NCBI GenBank assembly: GCA_030746635.1
Contig: JASLMH010000002.1
Span: 6,348 to 70,347 of the forward strand
From: Alphaproteobacteria bacterium
GTDB taxonomy: Bacteria > Pseudomonadota > Alphaproteobacteria > GCA-2731375
Direction of reading: 5' to 3'
Length of the DNA stretch: 64,000 bases
Positions 30,251 to 39,774 of the stretch are shown piece by piece. A program made the position numbers and the translations under genes. The first letter of the stretch is position 1. Each line of letters starts with the position of its first letter. The notes under the pieces were generated by a model that worked only from the letters and a program-made list of their open reading frames with translations, was not told where the DNA came from and did no database searches.

Positions 30251-31873
30251 ATGCCCAGAATCCAGTCTCAACTCGACACCAACAGCGATACCTTCCAAGA
30301 GAACCGCGCCGGCATGCTGGCCAAGATCGCCGAATTGCGCGGGTTTGAAGGTCGGATCCAGGCGCGTTCGGAACAAAGCCGCGAGCGGTTCGAGAAACGC
30401 GGGCAGTTGCTGCCCCGCGACCGGCTGGATCTGCTGCTGGATCGGGGCGCGCCGTGGCTCGAATTCTCCACCCTGGCCGGCTACCGGACCTATGACGACG
30501 ACGGCGAGGACAACATCACCGGGGCCCGCCTGATCACCGGCATCGGCACGGTCTCCGGCGTCCGCTGCGTCATCATCGTCGACGATTCGGGCATTACCGC
30601 CGGCGCCATCCATACCTATGGCGTGCACAAGATGATCCGTGCCTTCGACATGGCGCTGGAAAACAAGATGCCGGTGATCCACCTGGTGCAGTCGGCCGGC
30701 GCCGATTTGCTGGCCTACGTGCCCGAGACCTTTCAGAAGGGCGGCGGCATGTTCCACCGGCAGGCGAAACTGTCCGCCGCCGGCTGCCCGGTGATCACCG
30801 TGGTACACGGCTCCTCGACGGCCGGCGGCGCCTACATGCCGGGCATGTCGGATTACGTGGTGATGGTGCGCAAGCAGGCCAAGGCGTTCCTGGCCGGGCC
30901 GCCGCTGTTGCGCGCCGCCACCGGCGAGATCGCCGATGACGAGACCCTGGGCGGCACCGACATGCATGCCCAGACCTCCGGCCTGGTCGAACATGTGGCC
31001 GAGAACGACGCCGAGGCGGTACAGATCTGCCGCGACGTGGTGCGGCGGCTGAACTGGTCGAAGGGCCTTCGCCCCGGCCTGGAACGCCATTACGACGAAC
31101 CGGCCTACGATATCGACGAGATCTGCGGCCTGGTGTCGATGGACTACCAGAAGCCCTATGACGTGCGCGAATTGATCGCCCGGCTGGTCGACGGCTCCGA
31201 CTTCCTGGAGTTCAAGGCGCTGTACGACACTCAGACGATCTGCGGCCATGCCTCGGTGCAGGGCTTCCCCTGCGGCCTGATCGGCAGCAACGGCCCGATC
31301 ACCCCGGAAGGCGCCACCAAGGCCAGCCAGTTCATGCAATTGTGCAGCCAGTCGGGCACGCCGCTGGTCTACCTGCACAATACCACCGGGTTCATCGTCG
31401 GGACCGAACCGGAAGCCCAGGGCATGATCAAGCACGGCGCCAAGATGATCCAGGCCGTGAGCAACGCCACGGTGCCGCGCATCACCCTGTTTATCGGCGC
31501 CTCGTTCGGGGCCGGCAACTACGCCATGTCCGGCCGCTCCTACCAGCCGCGGTTCTTGCTGGGCTGGCCGAACTACAAATGTGCCGTGATGGGCTCGAAA
31601 CAGGCCGCCCTGGTGATGCGGATCGTCAACGAGGCCGTCGCCAAGCGCAAGGGCGAACCGATGGACGAGGCGGAATTGGATGCCCTGCACCAGCAGGTGG
31701 TCGACCTCTATGAGCCGATCTCCACCGGCTACTACCACACCGCCCGGCTGGACGATGACGGCATGATCGATCCCCGCGACAGCCGCAAGGTGCTGGGCCT
31801 TCTTTTGTCGGTTTGCGACGAGGAGGCCCGGCGCACCGTCCGTCCCAACACCTTCGGCGTGGCCCGGTTCTAG
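30251..31873 (+). CDS. Acyl-CoA carboxylase carboxyltransferase subunit, tandem copy 2
   Basis: 540 aa, colinear with copy 1, about 91% identical by manual count. Confidence 0.93.
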   Translation: MPRIQSQLDTNSDTFQENRAGMLAKIAELRGFEGRIQARSEQSRERFEKRGQLLPRDRLDLLLDRGAPWLEFSTLAGYRTYDDDGEDNITGARLITGIGTVSGVRCVIIVDDSGITAGAIHTYGVHKMIRAFDMALENKMPVIHLVQSAGADLLAYVPETFQKGGGMFHRQAKLSAAGCPVITVVHGSSTAGGAYMPGMSDYVVMVRKQAKAFLAGPPLLRAATGEIADDETLGGTDMHAQTSGLVEHVAENDAEAVQICRDVVRRLNWSKGLRPGLERHYDEPAYDIDEICGLVSMDYQKPYDVRELIARLVDGSDFLEFKALYDTQTICGHASVQGFPCGLIGSNGPITPEGATKASQFMQLCSQSGTPLVYLHNTTGFIVGTEPEAQGMIKHGAKMIQAVSNATVPRITLFIGASFGAGNYAMSGRSYQPRFLLGWPNYKCAVMGSKQAALVMRIVNEAVAKRKGEPMDEAELDALHQQVVDLYEPISTGYYHTARLDDDGMIDPRDSRKVLGLLLSVCDEEARRTVRPNTFGVARF

Positions 31874-31894
31874 GCGGCCCGGGCGCCCTTGCCG

Positions 31895-33106
31895 ATGGAG
31901 TCACGCGGGCGCGAATCCAACTACGCCTGGCTGCGCGCGGTCACCGCCCTGGCGCTGATCACCATATCGGCGGTCGGCATGTACGGGGTGGTGGTGGCGC
32001 TGAAGCCGGTGGGCATGGAATTCGGCGCTTCCCGCGCCGTCGCCTCGGTGCCCTATGCGGCGACCATGCTCGGCTTCGGCTTCGGCGGCCTGCTGATGGG
32101 CCGCTGGGCCGACCGCAAGGGCGTCTTCCCGCCCAGTATCCTGGGCGTGGTGGCGCTGCCCCTGGGTTTTTTGGCGGCCAGCCAGGCCCAGGCGATCTGG
32201 CAGTTCGCCGCCGCCCAGGGCCTGCTGATCGGTTTGCTGGGTGCCTCGGCCTTTTTCGCCCCGCTGATCGCCGACACCACCCATTGGTTCGACCGCCGCC
32301 GCGGCCGGGCCGTCGCCCTGGTGATCAGCGGCACCTATCTGGCCGGCGCCGTCTGGCCGCCGATCGTGCAGCATTTCATCGACGCCGTGGGCTGGCGGCA
32401 GACCTATCTGGGTCTGGGACTGTTCTGCTTCGCCACCATGACGCCGTTGTGCCTGGTGCTGCGGCCCCGGCTGCCGGCGACGACCGCCACCGGCACGGGC
32501 GGTCTCGACCACGGCCCGCGGCGGCTGCCGGATCCGGGCATCCTGCAGGGCCTGTTGTGTTGCGCCGGCATCGGCTGCTGCGTCGCCATGTCGATGCCGC
32601 AGGTGCATATCGTGCCGCTGGTCACCGATCTGGGCCATGCCGCCCAGCGGGGGGCGGAGATGCTGTCGCTGATGCTCGGTTGCGGCATCATCAGCCGCCT
32701 CGGCTCCGGCTGGATTTCCGAACGCATTGGCGGTCTCGATACCCTGCTGCTGGGCTCCGCCCTGCAGGCGCTGGCGCTGATCCTGTTCATGGGGGTGGAC
32801 GGCCTGACCGCCCTGTACGTGATGTCGGCCCTGTTCGGGCTCAGCCAGGGCGGCATCGTGCCTTCCTACACCCTGATCGTGCGCCGTTTCTTTCCCGAAA
32901 GCGAGGCCGGTCGGCGCATCGCCGCCGTGCTGCTGGCGACCATGGCCGGCATGGCCCTAGGCGGCTGGCTGGCCGGCCTGATCTATGATCTGACCGGCTC
33001 CTACCGCTGGGCCTTCATCAACGCCGTCGCCTTCAACATCCTGAACATGGCGATCGCCGCCTGGCTGCGCCTGCGCGCCGGCCGTCCGCAACCAATGCCG
33101 GTGTAG
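31895..33106 (+). CDS. MFS transporter
   Basis: About 12 hydrophobic helices; GRWADRKG and GWISERIG loops; WFDRRRGRA; YDLTGSY. Confidence 0.92.
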   Translation: MESRGRESNYAWLRAVTALALITISAVGMYGVVVALKPVGMEFGASRAVASVPYAATMLGFGFGGLLMGRWADRKGVFPPSILGVVALPLGFLAASQAQAIWQFAAAQGLLIGLLGASAFFAPLIADTTHWFDRRRGRAVALVISGTYLAGAVWPPIVQHFIDAVGWRQTYLGLGLFCFATMTPLCLVLRPRLPATTATGTGGLDHGPRRLPDPGILQGLLCCAGIGCCVAMSMPQVHIVPLVTDLGHAAQRGAEMLSLMLGCGIISRLGSGWISERIGGLDTLLLGSALQALALILFMGVDGLTALYVMSALFGLSQGGIVPSYTLIVRRFFPESEAGRRIAAVLLATMAGMALGGWLAGLIYDLTGSYRWAFINAVAFNILNMAIAAWLRLRAGRPQPMPV

Positions 33107-33175
33107 TCGCCCGGCGGGCGCACGAGATTTTGAAGCCGTGGGGCGGTTGCCCGGGCCGTTATCGCCCCATAGCCT

Positions 33176-34399
33176 GTGGCGATGACCCAATCACTCGACC
33201 GGCGGACATTCCTGGGCAGCGTGACGGGGGCGGGGCTGCTGGGCGAGGGGGCCCTGGCCGCCGCCGTCACGGACCCAGCCGCGCCGCCGCCGCGCATCGA
33301 ACGCTACGTCACCCTGGGACGTACCGGGCTCAGGGTCTCGGACATCTCCTTCGGCTCGTCCTCGTCGGCCGATCCCGACTTGGTGCGCCACGCCCTCGAC
33401 CGCGGCGTCAACTATTTCGACACGGCGGAGAGCTACCGGGGCGGCGATGCCGAGGCGGCCATCGGCGAGGCGCTGATCGGCGTGCGCCAGCGGGTGGTGT
33501 TGAGCTCCAAGACCAAGGCCTGGGCCGGCGATGGCCGCCACGGGATGATGCGGGCCCTGGAAGGCAGCCTCCGCCGCCTGCGCACCGATTACCTGGACAT
33601 CTATTTCAACCACGCGGTCAACGAAGTGGCCCGGATGCGGAACCCCGAATGGTGGGAGTTCACCGAACTGGCCAGGCGTCAGGGCAAGATCCGCTTTCGC
33701 GGCATGTCGGGCCATGGCAGCCAGCTGGCGGAATGCCTGAACTACGCCGTCGACCAGGATCTGGTGGACGTTGTGCTGACCGCCTACAGCTTCGGCCAGG
33801 ATCCGGATTTCTACGACCGGCTGCGCCATCTGTTCCACTTCGTCGCCCTGCAGCCGGAACTGCCCAAGGCGCTCGATCGGGCCAAGGCCCGCGACGTCGG
33901 CGTGATCGCCATCAAGACCCTGATGGGCGCCCGGCTGAACGACATGCGGCCGTACGAGAGCGGCGGCGCCAGCTTCGCCCAGGCGGCCTTCCGCTGGGTG
34001 CTGTCCAGCCCGCGGGTCGACGCCCTGCTGATCTCGATGACCGGGAAGAGCCTGATCGACGAATACGTCAGCGCCTCGCGCGAAGGGGTGGCGCCGGACC
34101 GCCACGACCTGGCGCTGCTGGCCCGCTACGCCATGCGCCAGCAGGCCCGTTACTGCCGCCCTGGCTGTGCCGGCTGTGCCGATGCCTGCCCGCGGGGGGT
34201 GGCGATCGCCGAGGTGCTGCGCACCCGGATGTACGATGTCGACTATGGCGATCGCGACCTGGCCCGGGCCGACTATGCCCGCCTGGGCGATGGCGCCGCC
34301 GCCTGTTTGGCCTGCCGGCCCCAAGACTGCGCCGGGGCCTGTCCGCACGGCCTGCCGATCCCGCAATTCACCCGCGACGCCGCCCGCCGCCTCAGCTGA
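33176..34399 (+). CDS. Aldo/keto reductase with Tat-like leader and C-terminal Fe-S motif
   Basis: DRRTFLG leader; LGRTGLRVS, NYFDTAESY, SLRRLRTDYLD; C-terminal CRPGCAGCADACP and CLAC…CAGACP. Confidence 0.88.
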   Translation: MAMTQSLDRRTFLGSVTGAGLLGEGALAAAVTDPAAPPPRIERYVTLGRTGLRVSDISFGSSSSADPDLVRHALDRGVNYFDTAESYRGGDAEAAIGEALIGVRQRVVLSSKTKAWAGDGRHGMMRALEGSLRRLRTDYLDIYFNHAVNEVARMRNPEWWEFTELARRQGKIRFRGMSGHGSQLAECLNYAVDQDLVDVVLTAYSFGQDPDFYDRLRHLFHFVALQPELPKALDRAKARDVGVIAIKTLMGARLNDMRPYESGGASFAQAAFRWVLSSPRVDALLISMTGKSLIDEYVSASREGVAPDRHDLALLARYAMRQQARYCRPGCAGCADACPRGVAIAEVLRTRMYDVDYGDRDLARADYARLGDGAAACLACRPQDCAGACPHGLPIPQFTRDAARRLS

Positions 34400-35376
34400 T
34401 GGAGACCGCCGTGAGCCAGCAAGACTTCCAGATGATCGAAACGAACGGCATCCGCCTGCGGGTCGCCGTGGCCGGGCGGGGGCCGTTGGTGGTGCTGATC
34501 CACGGCTGGCCCGAATCCTGGTATTCCTGGCGGCATCAGATCGCCGCCCTGGCCGCGGCCGGCTACCGGGTCGCCACCCCGGACGTGCGCGGCTACGGCG
34601 GCAGCGATAGGCCAGCGGCGATCGAGGCCTATGACATGGCCAGCATGACCGCCGATATCGCCGGCCTGATCGGCGCCTTGGGGGAAGACCGGGCGGCGCT
34701 GATCGGCCACGACTGGGGCGCGCCGATCGCCTGGAACACCGCCCTGTTGCACGCCGATCGGGTGCGGGCCGTGGCCGGTTTGAGCGTCCCCTACACCGGG
34801 CCCGGACCGGCGCCGTTCATCGACGTGGCCCGGCAGGTCTACAAGGACAAGTTCTTCTATCAGATCTATTTCCAGGAGCCGGGCCTGGCCGAGGCGGAAC
34901 TGGAAGCCGACGTGCGCGACAGCCTGCGCAAGATCTACTATTGGATTTCCGGCGAGGGCTTGCGGGCGCAGCCGCCCAGGGCCAAGCCGGCCGATGCGAA
35001 ACTGCTGGATGGCTTGGGCGATCCGGGCGAATTCCCGGCCTGGATGGGTCCGGCGGACCTGGATTATTACGTCGCCCAGTTCGAAGAGAGCGGCTTTCGC
35101 GGCCCGCTCAACCGCTACCGCAATTGGCACCGGGATTTCGCGCTGTTGTCGCCCCTGGCGGCGCAACGTATCCAGCAGCCCGCCGCCTTCATCGCCGGCA
35201 CCCTGGAGCCGGTGCTGAACTTCGTCCCGGGCGTCGACCTGGTCGCCACCATGCGGGAAAAACTGGCCGATCTGCGTTTCGTGGAGATGATCGAGGGCGC
35301 CGGCCACTGGGTGCAGCAGGAACGCCCCGAAGAGGTCAACCAGGCGCTGCTAAGATTTCTGGCCGAGGTCGCCTAG
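34399..35376 (+). CDS. Epoxide hydrolase-like alpha/beta hydrolase
   Basis: HGWPESWYSWRHQ, GHDWGA, GAGHWVQQE. ATG overlaps the upstream stop; an alternative GTG lies at 34411. Confidence 0.92.
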   Translation: METAVSQQDFQMIETNGIRLRVAVAGRGPLVVLIHGWPESWYSWRHQIAALAAAGYRVATPDVRGYGGSDRPAAIEAYDMASMTADIAGLIGALGEDRAALIGHDWGAPIAWNTALLHADRVRAVAGLSVPYTGPGPAPFIDVARQVYKDKFFYQIYFQEPGLAEAELEADVRDSLRKIYYWISGEGLRAQPPRAKPADAKLLDGLGDPGEFPAWMGPADLDYYVAQFEESGFRGPLNRYRNWHRDFALLSPLAAQRIQQPAAFIAGTLEPVLNFVPGVDLVATMREKLADLRFVEMIEGAGHWVQQERPEEVNQALLRFLAEVA

Positions 35377-35397
35377 GTCTCTTCGAGACGCGCCTTT

Positions 35398-35471
35398 GCC
35401 GCCCCGCTCCCCCACCCGGCCACCCAACGAAATCGTACGATGTGGGTGGCCGGGTGGGGGAGCGGGGCGGC
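35398..35471. repeat. Perfect 29-bp inverted repeat with 16-nt loop
   Basis: 35398-35426 GCCGCCCCGCTCCCCCACCCGGCCACCCA is the exact reverse complement of 35443-35471; lies between convergent genes. Confidence 0.9.
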
Positions 35472-35494
35472 CAGGTTCTTCCGATGCAATCGGT

Positions 35495-37075
35495 CTAAAT
35501 CGGCGAGATCGGGCGGATGCGCGGTGGGTGTTTGTCGGGGCGGCGTGGGGGACAGCGGTCGAAGGTATTGATCAGGAATTGCCGGGTCTGCCGCGGGTCG
35601 ATCACCTCGTCGATACCGAAGGCCTCCGCCGCGCGCCGGGCGCCCAGCTGGCTCTTGAAGATATCGATCAATTCCTGGCGCCGGGCGGCCGGGTCTTCGG
35701 CCGTTTCGTAGTCCCGGCGGTAGGCCACGTCGACCGAACCTTCCACGGACATGGCGCAGATCTCCGCCGTCGGCCAGGCGAACGTGGCATCGTTGTCGAA
35801 GGCCTGGCCGCCGCCCATGGCGTAATAGCCGCCGCCATAGCCCTTGCGCAGCACGATCGAGACGCGCGGCACCGTGGCCTGGCCCATTTCGAACATCAGC
35901 CGGCCGGAGCGGCGGCCCAGGCCGGCCTTTTCGGCCTCGGAGCCGATGGCGAAGCCGGGCACGTCGATCAACATCACCAGGGGCAGGCCGAAGGCATCGC
36001 ACAGGGCGATGAAATGGGCCGCCTTTTCACACGCCTTGACGTCCAGCATGCCGGCCAGATGCCGGGCCTGGTTGGCGACGAAGCCGACCGGGCGGCCGTT
36101 CAGGCGGGCGAAACTGGTCACCATGTTGCGGGCATAGGACGGCTTCTTCTCGAACACGCTGCCCCTGTCGCTGACCAGTTCGATGATCCGGCGCACGTCG
36201 TATGCCTTGCGTGGGTCCGCCGGAATGATCTCCAGCAGTTCCTCTTCCGCCCGGCCCGCCGGATCGTCGGTCGGCTGGATGGGCAGCGGTTGTTGCGCAT
36301 TGGCGGGCAGGTAGGAGAGAAAGCGCCGCACCGCCTCCAGGGCCCGATCCTCGTCATCCACGGCCAAATCCGAGATCCCGAACCGGTTGGTCTGCATGGT
36401 GGCGCCGCCCAGATCTTCCTTGTCGATCTCTTCGCCCAGGCCGGCCTTGACCAGGGCCGGGCCGGCCATGCCCATGGTCGAACCGCCGCGCACCATGACG
36501 ACGAAGTCGGCCAGGGAGGCGTAGTTGGTCGGCCCGGCGAAGCCCTGGCCCAGCATGGCCATGGCCATGGGCACCCAGCCGGAGTTGCGGGCGAAGTGCT
36601 GAAACACCGGCGAGCCGCTGGCGAAATGGCGTGAATCCTGACCGTCCTGAATGCGATGGCCACCGCCCTCCAGCAACGCGACCAGGGGGATGCCGTGGTC
36701 GCCGGCCTGCAGGATGGCACGGTTGGCTTTGTAGGACCCGTGCCGCCCAGTACTGCCGCCCAGCACCGTGTAGTCGTGCGCCATGATGGAAACGGGCCGG
36801 TCGTCGATCAGGCCGCTGCCGATGATCACGCCATCGGCGGGCGCCACCAGATCCTTGTTGAAGCCGGTATCGCGCAGGGGCTCGACCAGGCTGCCGTATT
36901 CGAGAAAACTGCCATCGTCACAGATTTCCGCTATCCGTTCCCGGGTGGTGTATTTGCCCTGGTCATGCTGATGGGCGACCGCCTCCGGCCGGCCGCCGTC
37001 CAACACCCGGGCCCGGGCCGCCTCGATTCCGTCCAGCAACTCGCGGCCGCCGCCCGCGCCATCGTCCGCCGTCAT
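35495..37075 (-). CDS. Acyl-CoA carboxyltransferase (PCC-beta-like)
   Basis: DYTVLGGS, EGGGHRIQ, GMAGPALV, DVPGF, LRKGYGGG, AWPTAE, IDPRQTR. Confidence 0.9.
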   Translation of the reverse strand: MTADDGAGGGRELLDGIEAARARVLDGGRPEAVAHQHDQGKYTTRERIAEICDDGSFLEYGSLVEPLRDTGFNKDLVAPADGVIIGSGLIDDRPVSIMAHDYTVLGGSTGRHGSYKANRAILQAGDHGIPLVALLEGGGHRIQDGQDSRHFASGSPVFQHFARNSGWVPMAMAMLGQGFAGPTNYASLADFVVMVRGGSTMGMAGPALVKAGLGEEIDKEDLGGATMQTNRFGISDLAVDDEDRALEAVRRFLSYLPANAQQPLPIQPTDDPAGRAEEELLEIIPADPRKAYDVRRIIELVSDRGSVFEKKPSYARNMVTSFARLNGRPVGFVANQARHLAGMLDVKACEKAAHFIALCDAFGLPLVMLIDVPGFAIGSEAEKAGLGRRSGRLMFEMGQATVPRVSIVLRKGYGGGYYAMGGGQAFDNDATFAWPTAEICAMSVEGSVDVAYRRDYETAEDPAARRQELIDIFKSQLGARRAAEAFGIDEVIDPRQTRQFLINTFDRCPPRRPDKHPPRIRPISPI

Positions 37076-37189
37076 CCCCAACTCCTCACGCCCGCGACCG
37101 AACCCGCGCGGCAATCGTCCACGATGCCGCGCGCGGGAAATCCTAGCAGGAATTGTCCGGCGGAGTGCCGGTGATCTGGGAGGCGTGGT

Positions 37190-38071
37190 TCAGGCGAGGT
37201 GCCGGCGGGCCGCCACGGTGCCGAGGACCGCAACGGCGAACAGCAGGATGCCGGCCGGCTCCGGCACCGAATCGGCCGGCGCGCCGGCCGCCTCTTGCGC
37301 CGTCCGCAGGTCGACCATGGTCGTCAGCGCGGTCATTTCACCATAGGAGAATTGCCGCGACAGCAGGCGCTGGGCGTTGGGCATGTTGCTGGGTGAGGCG
37401 CCTGTGGCCATCAGCGACCAGAGGGACTCGCCCGGATTGAGCTGCTTGCCGACCGCGTGTCCCAGGTTGAGGGTATGGCCGATTTCGTGCGCCACGGTGC
37501 CGGCGATGGCATTGACCGTCTTCATCATGTCGCCGGCGAAATTGGTCAAGCCGCCGATATTGTCGGTGTAGATCGACGCCAGGGTATGGCCCTGCCAGCC
37601 GGTCATCGGATCGCCGTTTTGGTTGCGCGCCTGCCCAAAGGCCTGGCCAAGGTACGAGATCGACTGCCCGACCGCGACCGAACCGATCTGCACGACGAAG
37701 AAGTCCTGGTCGCCGTTCGACGGCAAGGTGTTCGGATCCGGCGCATTGTAGGCGCCGATCACGAAGTCGATGTCCAGTTGGTTGCCGTCGCTGATCGGGC
37801 TGGCGGCGTCGTCGCCCATGGTCGGATATTGTTGAAACTTGCTGGCCACCGAGTTGAGCACCGCGGTGGTCACATCGTCCCTGTCGGCGGCCGTGAAACC
37901 GAAATCGGTGACGTCGAAATCGTCGGTTTTCGAGGTATTGAAGCTGTCGAAATCCAGCACGAAGGTCAGCGCCCTGGCGTCCGTGACGACGGCGAAGACA
38001 AACGCCAAGGCAACCAGCGCCCCCGCCGTCCATCGTAAAACCGCACCCGTGAAGGCGGTGGACCCTGTCAT
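37190..38071 (-). CDS. PEP-CTERM protein with zinc-metallopeptidase (metzincin-like) domain
   Basis: Signal peptide; HEIGHTLNLGH followed by SLMA (Met-turn-like); C-terminal VPEPAGILLFAVAVLGTVAARR. Confidence 0.8.
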   Translation of the reverse strand: MTGSTAFTGAVLRWTAGALVALAFVFAVVTDARALTFVLDFDSFNTSKTDDFDVTDFGFTAADRDDVTTAVLNSVASKFQQYPTMGDDAASPISDGNQLDIDFVIGAYNAPDPNTLPSNGDQDFFVVQIGSVAVGQSISYLGQAFGQARNQNGDPMTGWQGHTLASIYTDNIGGLTNFAGDMMKTVNAIAGTVAHEIGHTLNLGHAVGKQLNPGESLWSLMATGASPSNMPNAQRLLSRQFSYGEMTALTTMVDLRTAQEAAGAPADSVPEPAGILLFAVAVLGTVAARRHLA

Positions 38072-38407
38072 CACACCAAACGTCCCGCGAACAAACCGTT
38101 TTTGGGCGATCGGCGTGGTTCGATCGCCGCCCCCTGTTGGCGTCGACCATACCATGCGGTGTCGGCGGCCAAAAGCAAGAACGTGGTTAACGGCGACATT
38201 TTCCCTCTTTTCCTGTCACGGTCAACAAAACATCAAGCATTTCGTCGTACGCCCCTGTATGGGTCGGACGAGTATCGGCCGCCGCCAAATTACCTGTCTG
38301 TGATGTCCATCACACTCGGTTGCATGAACCGTCGATCCGAGCGATTTCATGCCACCGTGCGGCAGGGAACCTACCCTGCCGCCGGCGACGCGATCACCCG
38401 GTTGGTA

Positions 38408-39559
38408 TTAGTTCTGCACCACCGCGCCGCTGCCCAGCAGCGCCGACACCTCGTCGTCGGAGAAGCCCCAGGCCGTCAGGCCTTCGGTGGTGTTGGCGCC
38501 CATGCTCGGCGCCTGGCCGGTGACCTCCGCCTTGGTGCGGGAGAATTTCGGCGCCGGCGCCGGCTGCGGCACGCCGGCGATCTCGATGAAGCTTTCGCGG
38601 GCGACGTTCTGCGGATGGTGCGGCGCCTCGGTCATCGACAGCACCGGCGCGAAACAGATGTCCGAGCCCTCCATGATCTCGCACCATTCATCGCGGGTCT
38701 TGCCCTTGAAGACCTCGCGGAAGGTCGCGATCATCTGCGGCCACTTTTCCCGGTCGTGCTGCTCCGGCAGGTCCATCTGGTCCATGCCGGATTTCTCCAG
38801 CAGCTCGGCATAGAACTTCGGCTCGATCGAGCCGATCGAGATCCATTTGCCGTCCTTGGTCTCGTAGACGCCGTAATAGGGCGACCCGGTGTCCAGGATG
38901 TTGGCGCCGCGTTCGTCGGTCCAAAAGCCCGAGCCGTGCATGCCGAAGATGCCCATCATCAGATAGGCCGAGCCCTCGACCATCGAGGTATCGACCACCT
39001 GGCCCTTGCCCGAGCGTTGCGCCTCCCACAGCCCGGCCATCACGCCGAAGGCCAGGAACATCGCACCACCGCCGAAATCGCCGGTCAGGTTCAGGGGCGG
39101 CACCGGCCCGCTGTCGCGGGTGCCGATGGAATAGAGCACGCCTGAGAGGGAGATATAGTTGATGTCGTGCCCGGCGGCATGGGCCACCGGCCCGTCCTGG
39201 CCCCAGCCGGTCATCCGGCCGTAGACCAGGGCTGGGTTGCGTTCCAGGCAGACGTCGGGGCCCAGGCCCAGACGCTCCGCCACACCGGGCCGGAAGCCCT
39301 CGACCAGGGCGTCGGCCTGTTCCACCAGACGCAGCACGGTGGCCACGCCGTCGGGGTTCTTCAGGTCGACCGAGATCGAACGGCGGCCGCGGTTCAACAG
39401 ATCATATCGGGTGTCGTGGCCGGAAATGCCCAGGCCCGAGGGTGCCGTGCGGTCGATGCGCAAGACCTCCGCGCCCATGTCGGCCAGCAACGTGCTGCAA
39501 AACGGCACCGGCCCGATACCGGCCAGTTCCACGACCTTCAATCCCGCCAAGGGTCCCAT
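38408..39559 (-). CDS. CaiB/BaiF family III CoA-transferase / alpha-methylacyl-CoA racemase
   Basis: GPLAGLKVVELAGIGP, LNRGRRSI, EGFRPGV, GHDINY, GDFGGG, PAPAPKFSRT. Confidence 0.93.
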   Translation of the reverse strand: MGPLAGLKVVELAGIGPVPFCSTLLADMGAEVLRIDRTAPSGLGISGHDTRYDLLNRGRRSISVDLKNPDGVATVLRLVEQADALVEGFRPGVAERLGLGPDVCLERNPALVYGRMTGWGQDGPVAHAAGHDINYISLSGVLYSIGTRDSGPVPPLNLTGDFGGGAMFLAFGVMAGLWEAQRSGKGQVVDTSMVEGSAYLMMGIFGMHGSGFWTDERGANILDTGSPYYGVYETKDGKWISIGSIEPKFYAELLEKSGMDQMDLPEQHDREKWPQMIATFREVFKGKTRDEWCEIMEGSDICFAPVLSMTEAPHHPQNVARESFIEIAGVPQPAPAPKFSRTKAEVTGQAPSMGANTTEGLTAWGFSDDEVSALLGSGAVVQN

Positions 39560-39774
39560 GGCGAACCTCCTCTTCTGTCACCCGAACAAAACCACTGCCG
39601 CCGACAATAGCCGGATGCCCGGCGCGGGGCAAAACCCCCCGCCCGGCAACCATCGTCGGGCGGGCGGTGGCGGTACAACAATTCCGGGCTGTTTGCTATG
39701 CTCGGCGACTGGCTTGCCGATTCATCGGGCCTGTCAAGGGACGCGGCCTGGAGCCACGGGGCAGGGAATAGCCG

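Noticed and set aside
28538..31738. 1066-aa minus-strand ORF with an internal repeat
   Set aside because: Stop-free antisense frame of the duplicated high-GC genes; the same applies to 2558-4972, 22841-24871, 40897-43320, 47969-50668 and 57686-59491.
33130..35376. 748-aa ORF suggesting a fused hydrolase
   Set aside because: The first 423 codons are an alternative frame of the aldo/keto reductase gene; the hydrolase begins at 34399/34411.
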